Source of the DNA: Desulfobacterales bacterium
GTDB taxonomy: Bacteria > Desulfobacterota > Desulfobacteria > Desulfobacterales > SURF-7
Direction: 5' to 3'
Assembly: GCA_028277765.1 (NCBI GenBank)
Contig: JANQFQ010000126.1
Coordinates: forward strand, 30,165-94,164
DNA: 64,000 bases
Of this stretch, positions 51,254 to 61,053 are shown piece after piece (positions within the stretch are counted from its first letter, which is position 1; each line of letters starts with the position of its first letter). The notes beneath the pieces were generated by a model. It was not told the origin of the DNA. It worked only from the letters and a program-made list of their open reading frames with translations, and did not search any database. The translations under genes and the position numbers were made by a program.

Positions 51254-52601
51254 GGGGCTCTTTTCCTTCCACGCGGCATTTAAAAGATCCTTTTGCTACC
51301 ATAACGTCAAGATGGCTTCCTATAGTGACGTCTTCTGGGTCCTTTACCACCAGGTTGTCTGGTATGGTCCGTGTAATACTATATCCGCGTTCAAGAATTG
51401 ATAGGGGGCTCAATGCCTCCATTTTTCCTGATAATTCACTAATATAATTTCGTTTATAGTTTATAGATCTATCGATGCTCATTAACATCCGTTCATAGGC
51501 ATGGTCGATCCGTTTGGTAGTGGTTTTTATTAAAAATAATGGATTTCCGGCAACCAGTCTTTTGGAAAGCCATTCAAGACGTTCTTGGTTATATTTTAAA
51601 GTGTTTGTAAGCGATCGTTGAAGTCTTATGGTATAATCATCTGTTTTTAAACGCAAATCATCGACTTTTCGCTTGGGATCAATCAGCTGTTTTGTTAGTG
51701 ATTGCAATTGAAGAATACGATGGTTCAGATATGTATTAAAGCTGTTTTTCAGATATAAACGGAGTTCACTGATCCTGAGGTAAAGATCGTTCTTGTTAGG
51801 CACAGCCAATTCAGCGGCAGCAGAAGGGGTCGGCGCTCTTAGATCTGCTGTAAAGTCTGCAATGGTATAGTCGGTTTCATGTCCAATCGCTGAAATAACA
51901 GGTATTTTTGACGCAAATATGGCTCTTGCAACCAATTCTGAGTTAAACGGAGAAAGGTCCTCAAGAGAACCGCCACCACGGGCAAGAATAATTAGATCTG
52001 AATCTCCCTGTTCATTGGCCAGGTTCAATGCATCAACTATTTCAGTTTCTGATGATTTTCCCTGAACTTTAACCGGGAAGATGTTAATATGCAAGTTTGG
52101 ATACCGTCTGTTCAGGATATTTAGGATATCATGTATTACTGCGCCGGTTGGGGATGTTATAACACTGATATTATTAGGTAAAAATGGTATTTCCGCCTTA
52201 TGGGCATCATCAAAAAGACCTTCTATAGAGAGTTTTGCTTTTAGCTGCTCAAACGCGGCCTGTAATGATCCCAGGCCTTGGGGTTCCATGTATTCGATGA
52301 TGAACTGATATCTTCCTCGCGGTTCATATACACTGATCCTGCCGAGGCCGGTAATTCCCATACCTTGTTCTGGGGAGAAGGTCAAACGTCGGTTCTGGCC
52401 TTTAAACATGACCGCGGATATCTGTGCGTCATCATCTTTTAGTGTAAAATAATAATGGCCTGATAAAGGGGCACTGAAATTGGATATTTCACCACAAATC
52501 CATACAATGGGGAAATTGTCTTCAAGCAGGTCTTTAATACTGGATGTCAGCTCAGAGACAGTATATATTTTTTTCTTTATTTGGTCATTATCTGTAATCA
52601 T
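51228..52601 (-). CDS. xseA: Exodeoxyribonuclease VII large subunit
   Basis: GEISN..SGHYYFTLKD, ARGGGSLEDL, SAIGHETD, APTPSAAA. Confidence 0.97.
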   Translation of the reverse strand: MITDNDQIKKKIYTVSELTSSIKDLLEDNFPIVWICGEISNFSAPLSGHYYFTLKDDDAQISAVMFKGQNRRLTFSPEQGMGITGLGRISVYEPRGRYQFIIEYMEPQGLGSLQAAFEQLKAKLSIEGLFDDAHKAEIPFLPNNISVITSPTGAVIHDILNILNRRYPNLHINIFPVKVQGKSSETEIVDALNLANEQGDSDLIILARGGGSLEDLSPFNSELVARAIFASKIPVISAIGHETDYTIADFTADLRAPTPSAAAELAVPNKNDLYLRISELRLYLKNSFNTYLNHRILQLQSLTKQLIDPKRKVDDLRLKTDDYTIRLQRSLTNTLKYNQERLEWLSKRLVAGNPLFLIKTTTKRIDHAYERMLMSIDRSINYKRNYISELSGKMEALSPLSILERGYSITRTIPDNLVVKDPEDVTIGSHLDVMVAKGSFKCRVEGKEPHGKEKEDI

Positions 52602-52671
52602 GGTAACAGTAGCATCTTTTGAAGCAGAGGAATGGTTCTTGTATTATTTACAAAGATATTAATCTTATATG

Positions 52672-52735
52672 CCACCAGCATTCCCGCTAAAAAGAAACGG
52701 GATCTACGCTTCGTTCCGACTAGCATTTAGTATCT
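52672..52735 (+). repeat. Dispersed hairpin+heptamer repeat, copy B
   Basis: cccgctaaaaagaaacgggatctacgcttcg... shared with copies at 43.8 kb and 54.2 kb. Confidence 0.85.
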
Positions 52736-52805
52736 ATTAATCAATTGTATTAATTCAATATCATTAATAATTACTATTTGTCACCAGAATTCTGATACAC
52801 ACATA

Positions 52806-52833
52806 ACGTCTGATAAGATATATTATGTAAACT
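52806..52833 (+). other. dif-like XerCD chromosome dimer resolution site
   Basis: ACGTCTGATAA-GATATA-TTATGTAAACT: 11-6-11 layout matching the E. coli dif pattern (GGTGCGCATAA-TGTATA-TTATGTTAAAT); intergenic; KOPS polarity flips around it. Confidence 0.85.
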
Positions 52834-52874
52834 TTTAATCTGGCCTGAAATAGCCTTTATGTAATCCTGCCCTT

Positions 52875-53156
52875 TTATTCGGTGTCATCCTTTTTACTGT
52901 ATTTGTCTAGCACTTCCCGGACCGCGGGAATGATATAAATATCATCAAAAGGAAAATCGCTGATGCACTCAGCCAGCAGTTGGGTTTTGACCTTAATAGA
53001 CTTTTTTTTATCTAATATGAATTTCTTCTCGCCTTTTAAAGTGCATAAGCCGCTTTTTACTTTTATACCTGAAATTTTCAAATTCTCTTCAGTTACCTTT
53101 ATATCGAGTTTTTCAGCCAGATCGAGTAGGTTCTGATATAACTGATCAGCTTTCAT
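52875..53156 (-). CDS. Conserved hypothetical protein
   Basis: 93-aa ORF, SGLCTLKG..FILDK, DDIYIIPAVRE. Confidence 0.7.
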   Translation of the reverse strand: MKADQLYQNLLDLAEKLDIKVTEENLKISGIKVKSGLCTLKGEKKFILDKKKSIKVKTQLLAECISDFPFDDIYIIPAVREVLDKYSKKDDTE

Positions 53157-53350
53157 GGTCTTATCGCCCTATGAGAAATATGATATTATATGTTAAAATT
53201 GTTTTATATATCGAGAAAATATGTTATGTAAATATAAATTTAAAAAACTTTCAATATTACTTTATGCCTTGAAAATGTTTTTTTTATGTTTTATCTTTAC
53301 TACACATTAGCACGCATAATTATTAAAAATAAAATGGAGGTATTATAACG

Positions 53351-54052
53351 ATGGAAACTAATTATTCAGATTCAATTTTACAAACAGATGTCAATGCAAG
53401 GGTCACATTTATTAAAAAAACATACCAGCATCTTGCTTTTGCTATCCTTGCATTTATTGGATTAGAAGCATTGCTGCTTAATTCACCCATAGCCCCTCTG
53501 ATGGTTTCATTTGTAGGTGCGGGCAAGTTTAACTGGCTGATTATACTAGGATTATTTATGTTTATATCCTGGATCGCTGATAATTGGGCAAGATCAAGTA
53601 CATCACGGAAGACACAATATATCGGTTTGACTGTTTATGTTGTTGCTGAAGCCCTGATTTTTGTTCCCTTGTTATTCATTGCTAAATTATATGCACCGAA
53701 TGTCATCCCTTTGGCGGGGATTTATACCCTATTGCTATTCATTGGGCTTACGTTCACAGCATTTACCACTAAAAAAGATTTTTCTTTTCTGGGCAGCATC
53801 CTTAAAATTGGCGGTTTTATAGCACTTGGTTTGATTGTCACCAGTATTTTTTTTGGGTTTAGTTTAGGGCTGTTTTTTTCCTTTTTTATGATTATTTTTG
53901 CTGCAGGCTGTATTTTATACGATACATCTAATATACTAAGACATTATCATCCGGAACAGTATGTGGCTGCATCTTTATCTCTTTTTGCTTCTGTAGCCCT
54001 TTTATTCTGGTATATTCTTCTCTTTTTGATGCAGCTAGCAAGTAATGATTAA
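53351..54052 (+). CDS. Bax inhibitor-1/YccA family membrane protein
   Basis: R..FIKKTY.HL, ~7 TM segments, KKDFSFLG, ILYDTSNI, LF..ALLFW; GGAGG RBS. Confidence 0.88.
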   Translation: METNYSDSILQTDVNARVTFIKKTYQHLAFAILAFIGLEALLLNSPIAPLMVSFVGAGKFNWLIILGLFMFISWIADNWARSSTSRKTQYIGLTVYVVAEALIFVPLLFIAKLYAPNVIPLAGIYTLLLFIGLTFTAFTTKKDFSFLGSILKIGGFIALGLIVTSIFFGFSLGLFFSFFMIIFAAGCILYDTSNILRHYHPEQYVAASLSLFASVALLFWYILLFLMQLASND

Positions 54053-54101
54053 CTTATATTGCGCTAAACAAATTTTATCTAGAATTATCAGCATAAAAAA
54101 T

Positions 54102-54139
54102 AAATCCCTGTACTTTATATAAAAAAAGTACAGGGATTT
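54102..54139. terminator. Bidirectional terminator hairpin
   Basis: Perfect 15-bp stem AAATCCCTGTACTTT / AAAGTACAGGGATTT between convergent genes. Confidence 0.8.
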
Positions 54140-54190
54140 CATTTTCGTCAATCAAATTCAATGATTATTAAAGATCTGTCTTTTATAATA

Positions 54191-54297
54191 CCTGCTAAAA
54201 AAAAGTAGGATCTACGCTTCGCTACGACCAGTATCCAGTATCCAGTATCCAGCATCCAGTATCTAGTATCCAGTATCTAGTATCCAGTATCCAGCAT
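54191..54297 (+). repeat. Dispersed hairpin repeat copy C followed by 10 tandem heptamers C(C/T)AG(C/T)AT
   Basis: cctgctaaaaaaaagtaggatctacgcttcgctacga, then 10 units at 54228-54297. Confidence 0.9.
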
Positions 54298-54302
54298 ATA
54301 GT

Positions 54303-55652
54303 TCATCCAAGCACTTCTTCAATAACATCCGCTATCTTCTTGCAATATCTACTGGTTTCAACCTTGGTCGGCCCTTCAACCATTACCCTGCACATGGGTT
54401 GTGTGCCAGAATAACGGACCAGCACCCTCCCCTTGTTCGCAAGTTTTTTCGCAACCAGTTGAATTATATTTTTGATTTCAGGCACAGAGTCGATCTCAGG
54501 TTTTGTTTTAACATCAATATTGATCAATTCCTGTGGAAAGACATCCATGACCTTTAAAACTTCTGAAAATGGTTTTTTTGAATCTTTTAAGGCATGGAGC
54601 AATTTTATGGCAGCAATCATACCATCGCCGGTAGTATGGTGGTCCAGAAAAATCATATGGCCTGAATCTTCCCCGCCAAGCACAGCGTTTTTGTTTTGCA
54701 TTTCTTCCAATACGTATCTATCTCCTACTTTAGCCATTGAATGGTTTATATCCATCTCTTTTAACGCGATCCCTAAGCCCATATTGCTCATGACCGTGGT
54801 TACTGCAAGATTGTTCGCCAGTTTCCCTTTTTTTTTCAGATATCTGGCGCAAACAGCGATAATCTGATCGCCGGTGGCAGTATTCCCTTTTTCATCCACA
54901 GCAATCAGCCTGTCTCCGTCACCATCAAATGCAAGGCCGATATCTGCTTTATTCTCAAGTACTTTTTCTATAAGCGTTTCCGGGTGCTGTGAACCGCATT
55001 TATCATTAATATTTTTTCCATCAGGTTGGATAAAGAGCGGTATAACATCTGCCCCAAGTTCTGTAAAAAGTTGAGGAGCTGTTTGAAATGTTGCCCCATT
55101 GGCGCAGTCAATTACGATTTTAACGCCTTTAAGATTTTCATACTCTTTGGTATATATATCTATTAAAAAAGCTTTATATCGCAAAACAGCGTCTTCTATA
55201 ATATTTATTTGTCCAAATTTATCATTCTTTATGGTTTTGGTAGAGTTTTTTTCCTCAAATACTATATTTTCAATCAGGTCTTCATTTGCATCAGATAATT
55301 TAAAGCCATTATGTTTAAAAATTTTGATTCCATTATCATAATACGGATTATGTGACGCGGATATAACGATGCCAGCATCTGCTTTCATGGAAGACGTTAA
55401 GTATGCAATTCCTGGCGTGGGAAGGATCCCAACAGGAAGAACGTTAGTGCCTGTTTTGCATATGCCTGAAATCAAAGCTTTTTCTATTGATTCGCCTGAT
55501 TCCCGGGTATCTCTGCCGATCACTATTTTTGGAGACCTATTTCCTGCAAAAAGAGAGGCTGCTGCAGCGCCAATCTTCTCAATCATTTCAGTGGTCATGG
55601 GATAGTCCCCGACTTTACTCCGAATACCGTCTGTACCGAATAATTCACCCAT
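54303..55652 (-). CDS. glmM: Phosphoglucosamine mutase
   Basis: FGTDG, ISASHNP, DGDGDR, GGEDSGH, RYSGT. Confidence 0.95.
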   Translation of the reverse strand: MGELFGTDGIRSKVGDYPMTTEMIEKIGAAAASLFAGNRSPKIVIGRDTRESGESIEKALISGICKTGTNVLPVGILPTPGIAYLTSSMKADAGIVISASHNPYYDNGIKIFKHNGFKLSDANEDLIENIVFEEKNSTKTIKNDKFGQINIIEDAVLRYKAFLIDIYTKEYENLKGVKIVIDCANGATFQTAPQLFTELGADVIPLFIQPDGKNINDKCGSQHPETLIEKVLENKADIGLAFDGDGDRLIAVDEKGNTATGDQIIAVCARYLKKKGKLANNLAVTTVMSNMGLGIALKEMDINHSMAKVGDRYVLEEMQNKNAVLGGEDSGHMIFLDHHTTGDGMIAAIKLLHALKDSKKPFSEVLKVMDVFPQELINIDVKTKPEIDSVPEIKNIIQLVAKKLANKGRVLVRYSGTQPMCRVMVEGPTKVETSRYCKKIADVIEEVLG

Positions 55653-55777
55653 TATTTGTGTTCCTGACTGATGAAATAATTAATTCTGTATTGGTAAAAA
55701 AAAATTATAATTGTAAATCCTCTGATATTGTTTCGCCTTTTCCGTTGCCGTGGGATTTCGTGCTTCGGATTTTAGTA

Positions 55778-56986
55778 TTATTTATATGAGGATATTATCT
55801 TAAAAACTTCTGTTACCGTATGATCCACTATGCCCTGGAGCCATTGCGTGCCGATTTCAGCGTCATTCTGGTTCAGACTTTTAATAACCTGCAGGTAATC
55901 CTTTCCATTTTTCTTTATGCCTGAATAGATGGATTCAAGGAAACGGTCCATTATTTCTTTTTCGTGTTCAGCCTGTCTTAGATCTAAAACCGTGCTTTCA
56001 AGCTGGCTCCAGCTGGTTAACAACACATTTGTGCTGTCACCTTTTTTTGACGCGTCAACTTTTTCTGCCAGTTCTTTTAATCGCTTTAATCTTTCTGTTA
56101 TACCCATATCAAGTTTTTCTTTAAGTCCTTCTAGTAAACTATCTGAAAAATCAGCGGATATGAATTGTGATCTAATATTGGAATACCAGTGAAAAAGAGC
56201 AACCAAATTCCCCATATAAATAATATTATTTAACACGATTCTTTTTACATTCTGATATGATCCAGGTTTAAACGGTATGTTTATCGATTTTCTACCCCCT
56301 TCAAGCAAAAGCCTGCCAGGTTTTAATTCATCTTTTCGGCAGATCGTTCCTGCTGCTGTGATGGTGCCATATGCCAGCCGTACCGGCCCCACCAGTCCAC
56401 CCTGCCCGCCTAAAAATATTGGTCTTTGATTCAACATAACGCCATTTGGCACATCACCAATTAAGGAGGCGGTTGCCTTATCCTGGTTAGGGGTAAAATT
56501 GAAATGGATAAATGAACTCCCCACTTCACTGTGATCTTTTTTACCAGTTCCGCCAGCCATAAAACAGTCACAGAAATTGATCAGACTCCCCAGGGTAACA
56601 TGCGGGAAGAGAATGGTCTGTTTTAAGGCTACTGTGTGGGCTGCATGTGCCTCTTCCTCAAGAATGGTCCCTTCCCGAACATGAGATCCATATCCCATGA
56701 TTGCTTTTTGTAGAAAAACCGCTTTTTTAAAAAAACCGCATTTTAATTCCACATGAGGTCCCACCTGACAATCCTCAATAGTCACTGGACCTTCATACCC
56801 GAGTTTCGCGCCCTGCATAACCAGGGTCGATTTTCCGTAGATTTTACTGCCAGGATAGATGATGGTCCCCTCTCCAGATATCCTGCCAGTATCAACATCA
56901 TCACTTATGTCAATGCTGTCAGGGCGTGGGATCTTCACCCCTTTGGCGATCAGTTTTTCAGCTTTTTCATTGATTTGGTTGCTCAT
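55778..56986 (-). CDS. GlmU-like left-handed beta-helix protein lacking the N-terminal uridyltransferase domain
   Basis: Starts at a region like the GlmU linker (LIAKGVKI..P.SIDI); hexapeptide repeats, HVREGTIL, HFNF; helical C-terminal extension; directly upstream of glmM. Confidence 0.65.
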   Translation of the reverse strand: MSNQINEKAEKLIAKGVKIPRPDSIDISDDVDTGRISGEGTIIYPGSKIYGKSTLVMQGAKLGYEGPVTIEDCQVGPHVELKCGFFKKAVFLQKAIMGYGSHVREGTILEEEAHAAHTVALKQTILFPHVTLGSLINFCDCFMAGGTGKKDHSEVGSSFIHFNFTPNQDKATASLIGDVPNGVMLNQRPIFLGGQGGLVGPVRLAYGTITAAGTICRKDELKPGRLLLEGGRKSINIPFKPGSYQNVKRIVLNNIIYMGNLVALFHWYSNIRSQFISADFSDSLLEGLKEKLDMGITERLKRLKELAEKVDASKKGDSTNVLLTSWSQLESTVLDLRQAEHEKEIMDRFLESIYSGIKKNGKDYLQVIKSLNQNDAEIGTQWLQGIVDHTVTEVFKIISSYK

Positions 56987-57194
56987 ATGGGCCTCGTTGG
57001 TTGTTTTGTCTGCTTTTAAATGTTATATTAGGCACTTAATTAAAGAATAAGTCAAGATTTTTATGCTGCATTAAATCATTATCAAAAACACTTGAATTAT
57101 TATCAAAAACAATTGTAAATAAACATGTAATTTGCTTTTTTAATAATTCAGATCATTTTAAAATTTATAGAAATATCCTTTAAAAGAGTGACAG

Positions 57195-58820
57195 ATGAGC
57201 GAAACCAGTATCACAGATCTTCCAATATGGAAAAAGCTTCTGCAGCAAGCTGAAATCATCAACAGCAAGAAGAATCACCTACGCAGCCTGCTTCAAGAGG
57301 AGAACAGGCTAAATGATTTTTCCGGAACAGGTGCGGGTATTTTCTATGACTATTCGCATCAGCGGATTGATGGGCAAACAATGGAATTGCTGCTTGAGCT
57401 GGCGGAAACGCGGAAGGTCATGGACACATTCTATTTAATGACAACCGGAAAAAAGGTGAATAAGACAGAAAACCGTGCAGCCCTGCATACAGCTGCGAGG
57501 AGTTTTTCAGATAGGCCCGTGATGGTGGAACATGAGAATGTAATGACTGAAATAACACGGGTACGGGATGAAATAAAAGCGTTTTCTGAAAAAGTTATTT
57601 CAGGAAAGATCTGCGGCTCATCTGGCAAGACATTTAAACATGTTGTTGTCATCGGCATCGGCGGTTCATATCTGGGAACTGAATTCGCTGCCCAGGCCTT
57701 AAAGGCATTTGCTGATAAAAACATAAAACTCCATTTCCTTGCCAATGTGGATGTTCACAATTTTGGATGGATAGCAGATGAAATCGATCCAGAAACCACC
57801 ATGTGGATCGTTATTTCAAAATCATATACAACTGCAGAAACAACCGCTAACACAAAAATGGCATACACCTTTATGGCGGAAAAAGGACTGAATCCTGAAA
57901 AACATTTTGTTACAGTGACTGCAAAAGGGAGTCCCGGAGATGATCCGTCAAATCCTGTTTTGCAATCTTTCCACATGTTTAACTTTATCGGGGGAAGATA
58001 CAGTGTCACATCCGCAGTGGGAGGTGTCCCGTTGAGTCTCTATCTGGGATATGACCGATTCGAGGAATTGCTGCAGGGCGCAGAAGAGATGGATATTCAC
58101 GCGACCAAATCACATGCAGAAAGTAACCTTCCTTTAATCGCCGCCCTCATCAGTATTTGGAATAATAATTTTCTAAATTACCAGGCACAGGCGATCATTC
58201 CATATGCTGCGCCTTTGTGCAAACTGGCTCCCCATGTACAACAACTTTATATGGAGAGTAATGGAAAATCCGTTTCAACTGAAGGAGATGATCTTAATTT
58301 TAATACCGGCGTGATTATCTTCGGGGAACCAGGCACAAACGCCCAGCATTCTTTTTTTCAGCTTGCCCACCAGGGCCGCCCCTTCCCTATTGATTTTATC
58401 GGTGTGATCAATCCTCAGTATGAACAGTATCAAAGTATTTCCAATGGTGTAACCAACCACCAGGAACTCTGGGCAAACCTGATATCACAGCCAAAGGCGC
58501 TGGCTGAAGGTATGGATAATGAAGACCGGGCAAGATTTTTCTCCGGCAACAGGCCATCTTCCACGATTCTCCTGAACGACCTGTCACCAAAAAATATCGG
58601 ACGTTTGCTGTCATTTTATGAAGCAAAAACCGTATATGAAGCGTTTATATGGGGTATCAATCCATTTGACCAGTTCGGCGTTGAACTCGGGAAAAAACTC
58701 GCCTCAGGAGTCAGACAGGAAATGGCGGAGAAAAACACCAATAAAGATCATGCTTTTGATGAAGCGGACCCGATCGCCAAATTCTATCTAAATGCCCTGT
58801 TTTCAGGGAAAATCGATTAA
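57195..58820 (+). CDS. pgi: Glucose-6-phosphate isomerase
   Basis: TENRAALH, GIGGSYLG, SKSYTTAET, GGRYSV, MESNGK, NPFDQFGVELGK. Confidence 0.97.
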   Translation: MSETSITDLPIWKKLLQQAEIINSKKNHLRSLLQEENRLNDFSGTGAGIFYDYSHQRIDGQTMELLLELAETRKVMDTFYLMTTGKKVNKTENRAALHTAARSFSDRPVMVEHENVMTEITRVRDEIKAFSEKVISGKICGSSGKTFKHVVVIGIGGSYLGTEFAAQALKAFADKNIKLHFLANVDVHNFGWIADEIDPETTMWIVISKSYTTAETTANTKMAYTFMAEKGLNPEKHFVTVTAKGSPGDDPSNPVLQSFHMFNFIGGRYSVTSAVGGVPLSLYLGYDRFEELLQGAEEMDIHATKSHAESNLPLIAALISIWNNNFLNYQAQAIIPYAAPLCKLAPHVQQLYMESNGKSVSTEGDDLNFNTGVIIFGEPGTNAQHSFFQLAHQGRPFPIDFIGVINPQYEQYQSISNGVTNHQELWANLISQPKALAEGMDNEDRARFFSGNRPSSTILLNDLSPKNIGRLLSFYEAKTVYEAFIWGINPFDQFGVELGKKLASGVRQEMAEKNTNKDHAFDEADPIAKFYLNALFSGKID

Positions 58821-60271
58821 TTTTTTCTTTTACAGAAATTGATCAATACTGTTTCTAACAAATACTTGGGGTTTTGCCGACTCCGTTTAAGTTTTATATC
58901 GAGCCGGCTGAATGCTTCCATACCTGATATGAGCTCTCTTAACGAATAATTCTCAGCATTTTTAAAGAGCTGATAGACGGGATACGCGTTTTTCGGGTTC
59001 GGGGCAATTAAAAGATCGGTTGAAACAGCTTTTTTTCCTGGTTTTTTCTTTTTACCTTTTTTATCCTTAACCATGGTAGTATTCTTCCACGCTTCAAGCC
59101 TGGTCAGGAGGTTGTTATCGTATTCAGAAATTAAAGGGATGATCTCTCTTGTGAACTGATTATACTGCATACCCGGATACCACGCCCTCCCCTGGCGGCT
59201 TTGGGTAAACTCTTTTACAATCAGCAGTTTGCGTGTCTGGTTAACTGCGGCAGCAAGGATCTGTAAGGGGTAAATATCATCTGCCAGTAGGGACGACACA
59301 TACTCCAGTACGCTTTTTATATTTCTACTGGCCAAAGCACTGGTCAGTTCAAAAATCGGATCTTTTTTTGTCTTCAGTACCAGGGCGTTTATATCAGCCA
59401 GTGATATCGTCTTTCGATCTCCCGCATAAGTGATTAGTTTTTCTAGATTATTGACAAGGGTGACAAGGTCAAAGCCGGTATTGTATATCAATTCCCTTCG
59501 GGCGTCTGGATCCATTTTTTTCTTTTTTTCCGACAGCATGGCATTCAGGGTTTCATTAATGACAGCCTCTTGTGCTTTTTTATCTGCCATACGGTTACCC
59601 TTTGGCACTGAACAGTCGATAATAAGCCCATGCTTATCAATGGCTTTATACAGGGTTCTCCGTTTATCAACCAGGTCTGTGGTGATAATCAGGTGATTCC
59701 CCTTTGGAAATCCTTGTTTTATGACTGTTTCAAGAACAGTGCTGCTGTCCTGATGAGAGGGTATGGTTTGTCTGTTTTCAATACAAAAATCGATCAGATC
59801 ATCAATCCAGGTGTTATCTGTGGTCTGTTTTTCATTTCCCTGAAATAATTGCTGTTTATCGCTTTTAATGTCTTCAAAGGATAGATTTAGTAAGCCGATA
59901 AGTTCTGCAAAGATAGTCGCGGATTTTTTTATTTCATTTATGTCATACGCGTCTTTAGCTCTCTGGAGAAGTTTTCCCTGGTCCCTTTTGGCATAAAATA
60001 TTTTTGAATCACAAAACGCGACAATTCTTTTGCCGCCGAGAAACGAATAAGTATTTAAACGCTCAATACCATCATTAAAATCACCTTCAGCGGAATCAAT
60101 TCTGTCATAATTGAATTCCCTTTCAGATTTAGTTAGCAGAGAGGCCAATAACGTTTCAAGAGATTGTTTAACAAGGAATTCTTCACCAACAATCAAATAT
60201 ACATCAGGAAGCGGTTCATTATCTAGTTGCTGGAGATTTTGGTTAAGTTCTCTGTGACTAATGACGGTCAT
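58817..60271 (-). CDS. holA: DNA polymerase III delta subunit (long form)
   Basis: VYLIVGEEFL, FNYD, VDKRRTLYKAI, NNLEKL..Y.G, IFELT.AL, YPLQIL, D..LK. Confidence 0.8.
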   Translation of the reverse strand: MTVISHRELNQNLQQLDNEPLPDVYLIVGEEFLVKQSLETLLASLLTKSEREFNYDRIDSAEGDFNDGIERLNTYSFLGGKRIVAFCDSKIFYAKRDQGKLLQRAKDAYDINEIKKSATIFAELIGLLNLSFEDIKSDKQQLFQGNEKQTTDNTWIDDLIDFCIENRQTIPSHQDSSTVLETVIKQGFPKGNHLIITTDLVDKRRTLYKAIDKHGLIIDCSVPKGNRMADKKAQEAVINETLNAMLSEKKKKMDPDARRELIYNTGFDLVTLVNNLEKLITYAGDRKTISLADINALVLKTKKDPIFELTSALASRNIKSVLEYVSSLLADDIYPLQILAAAVNQTRKLLIVKEFTQSRQGRAWYPGMQYNQFTREIIPLISEYDNNLLTRLEAWKNTTMVKDKKGKKKKPGKKAVSTDLLIAPNPKNAYPVYQLFKNAENYSLRELISGMEAFSRLDIKLKRSRQNPKYLLETVLINFCKRKN

Positions 60272-60278
60272 TCTATGT

Positions 60279-61046
60279 TTATGTTTTTTTGGTTTTTAGC
60301 GCGTATAATATCAGAACGATGAAAGAGACAGCAGCGGCAGACAAACCGATTGTTTGGGAAATTGAAAATATATCAAGAATGGTTGCGCCTCTTTCATCTC
60401 CGCGGAAAATCTCAATGATCGATCTGATAATACCGTAAACCAGCATGTAGACCCAGAAAACCTGGCCGTCATACTGTTTATGTTTTCTGAAGTAAAAGAG
60501 AAAAATAAAAACAATAAGATTAGCCAGGGCCGCATAAAGTTGGGTGGGATGAAGAAGGATATCCTGCCTTGCGAGCGTGTCTTTATGGCTAAAAATGACC
60601 GCCCAGGGCAAATCGCATTCTTTCCCATAGCAGCATCCCGCGAAAAAGCATCCAATCCTGCCAAAAAAATGTCCGGCCGGGATAACAAGGGCAACGATAT
60701 CAGCAGTGTTCCATACCGGCATTTTTTTAATTTTAGCATAGATAAATGCGACGATTAACGAGGAGATAAAACCACCGTAATAGACTAAGCCGCCATGCCA
60801 TATCCTGAATATCTCTAAAAGATCTGATCTGAAAAGATTAAAGTTAGTTGCCACGTAAAACAGACGCGCACCTAAGATTCCAGAGATAATAATGTAAAAT
60901 GCCAGGTCCATTATTTCTTCTGGGTTCATTCCCGTACGTTCAGCTTCATATTTGCCTATGAGTATGGCAGTTAGTATGCCGATAGCCACAAAAAGTCCGT
61001 ATGTGTATATGGTCAGAAAACCGATTTTATAAATAATTGGATACAT
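60279..61046 (-). CDS. lgt: Prolipoprotein diacylglyceryl transferase
   Basis: YGL, GARLFYV, GGLVYYGG, GRIGCF..GCCYG, HPTQLY, EIFRGD. Confidence 0.96.
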   Translation of the reverse strand: MYPIIYKIGFLTIYTYGLFVAIGILTAILIGKYEAERTGMNPEEIMDLAFYIIISGILGARLFYVATNFNLFRSDLLEIFRIWHGGLVYYGGFISSLIVAFIYAKIKKMPVWNTADIVALVIPAGHFFGRIGCFFAGCCYGKECDLPWAVIFSHKDTLARQDILLHPTQLYAALANLIVFIFLFYFRKHKQYDGQVFWVYMLVYGIIRSIIEIFRGDERGATILDIFSISQTIGLSAAAVSFIVLILYALKTKKT

Positions 61047-61053
61047 ATATTAT

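Noticed and set aside
53207..53234. Second dif-like site (TTATGTAAATA half-site)
   Set aside because: No matching XerC arm; likely chance in an AT-rich promoter region
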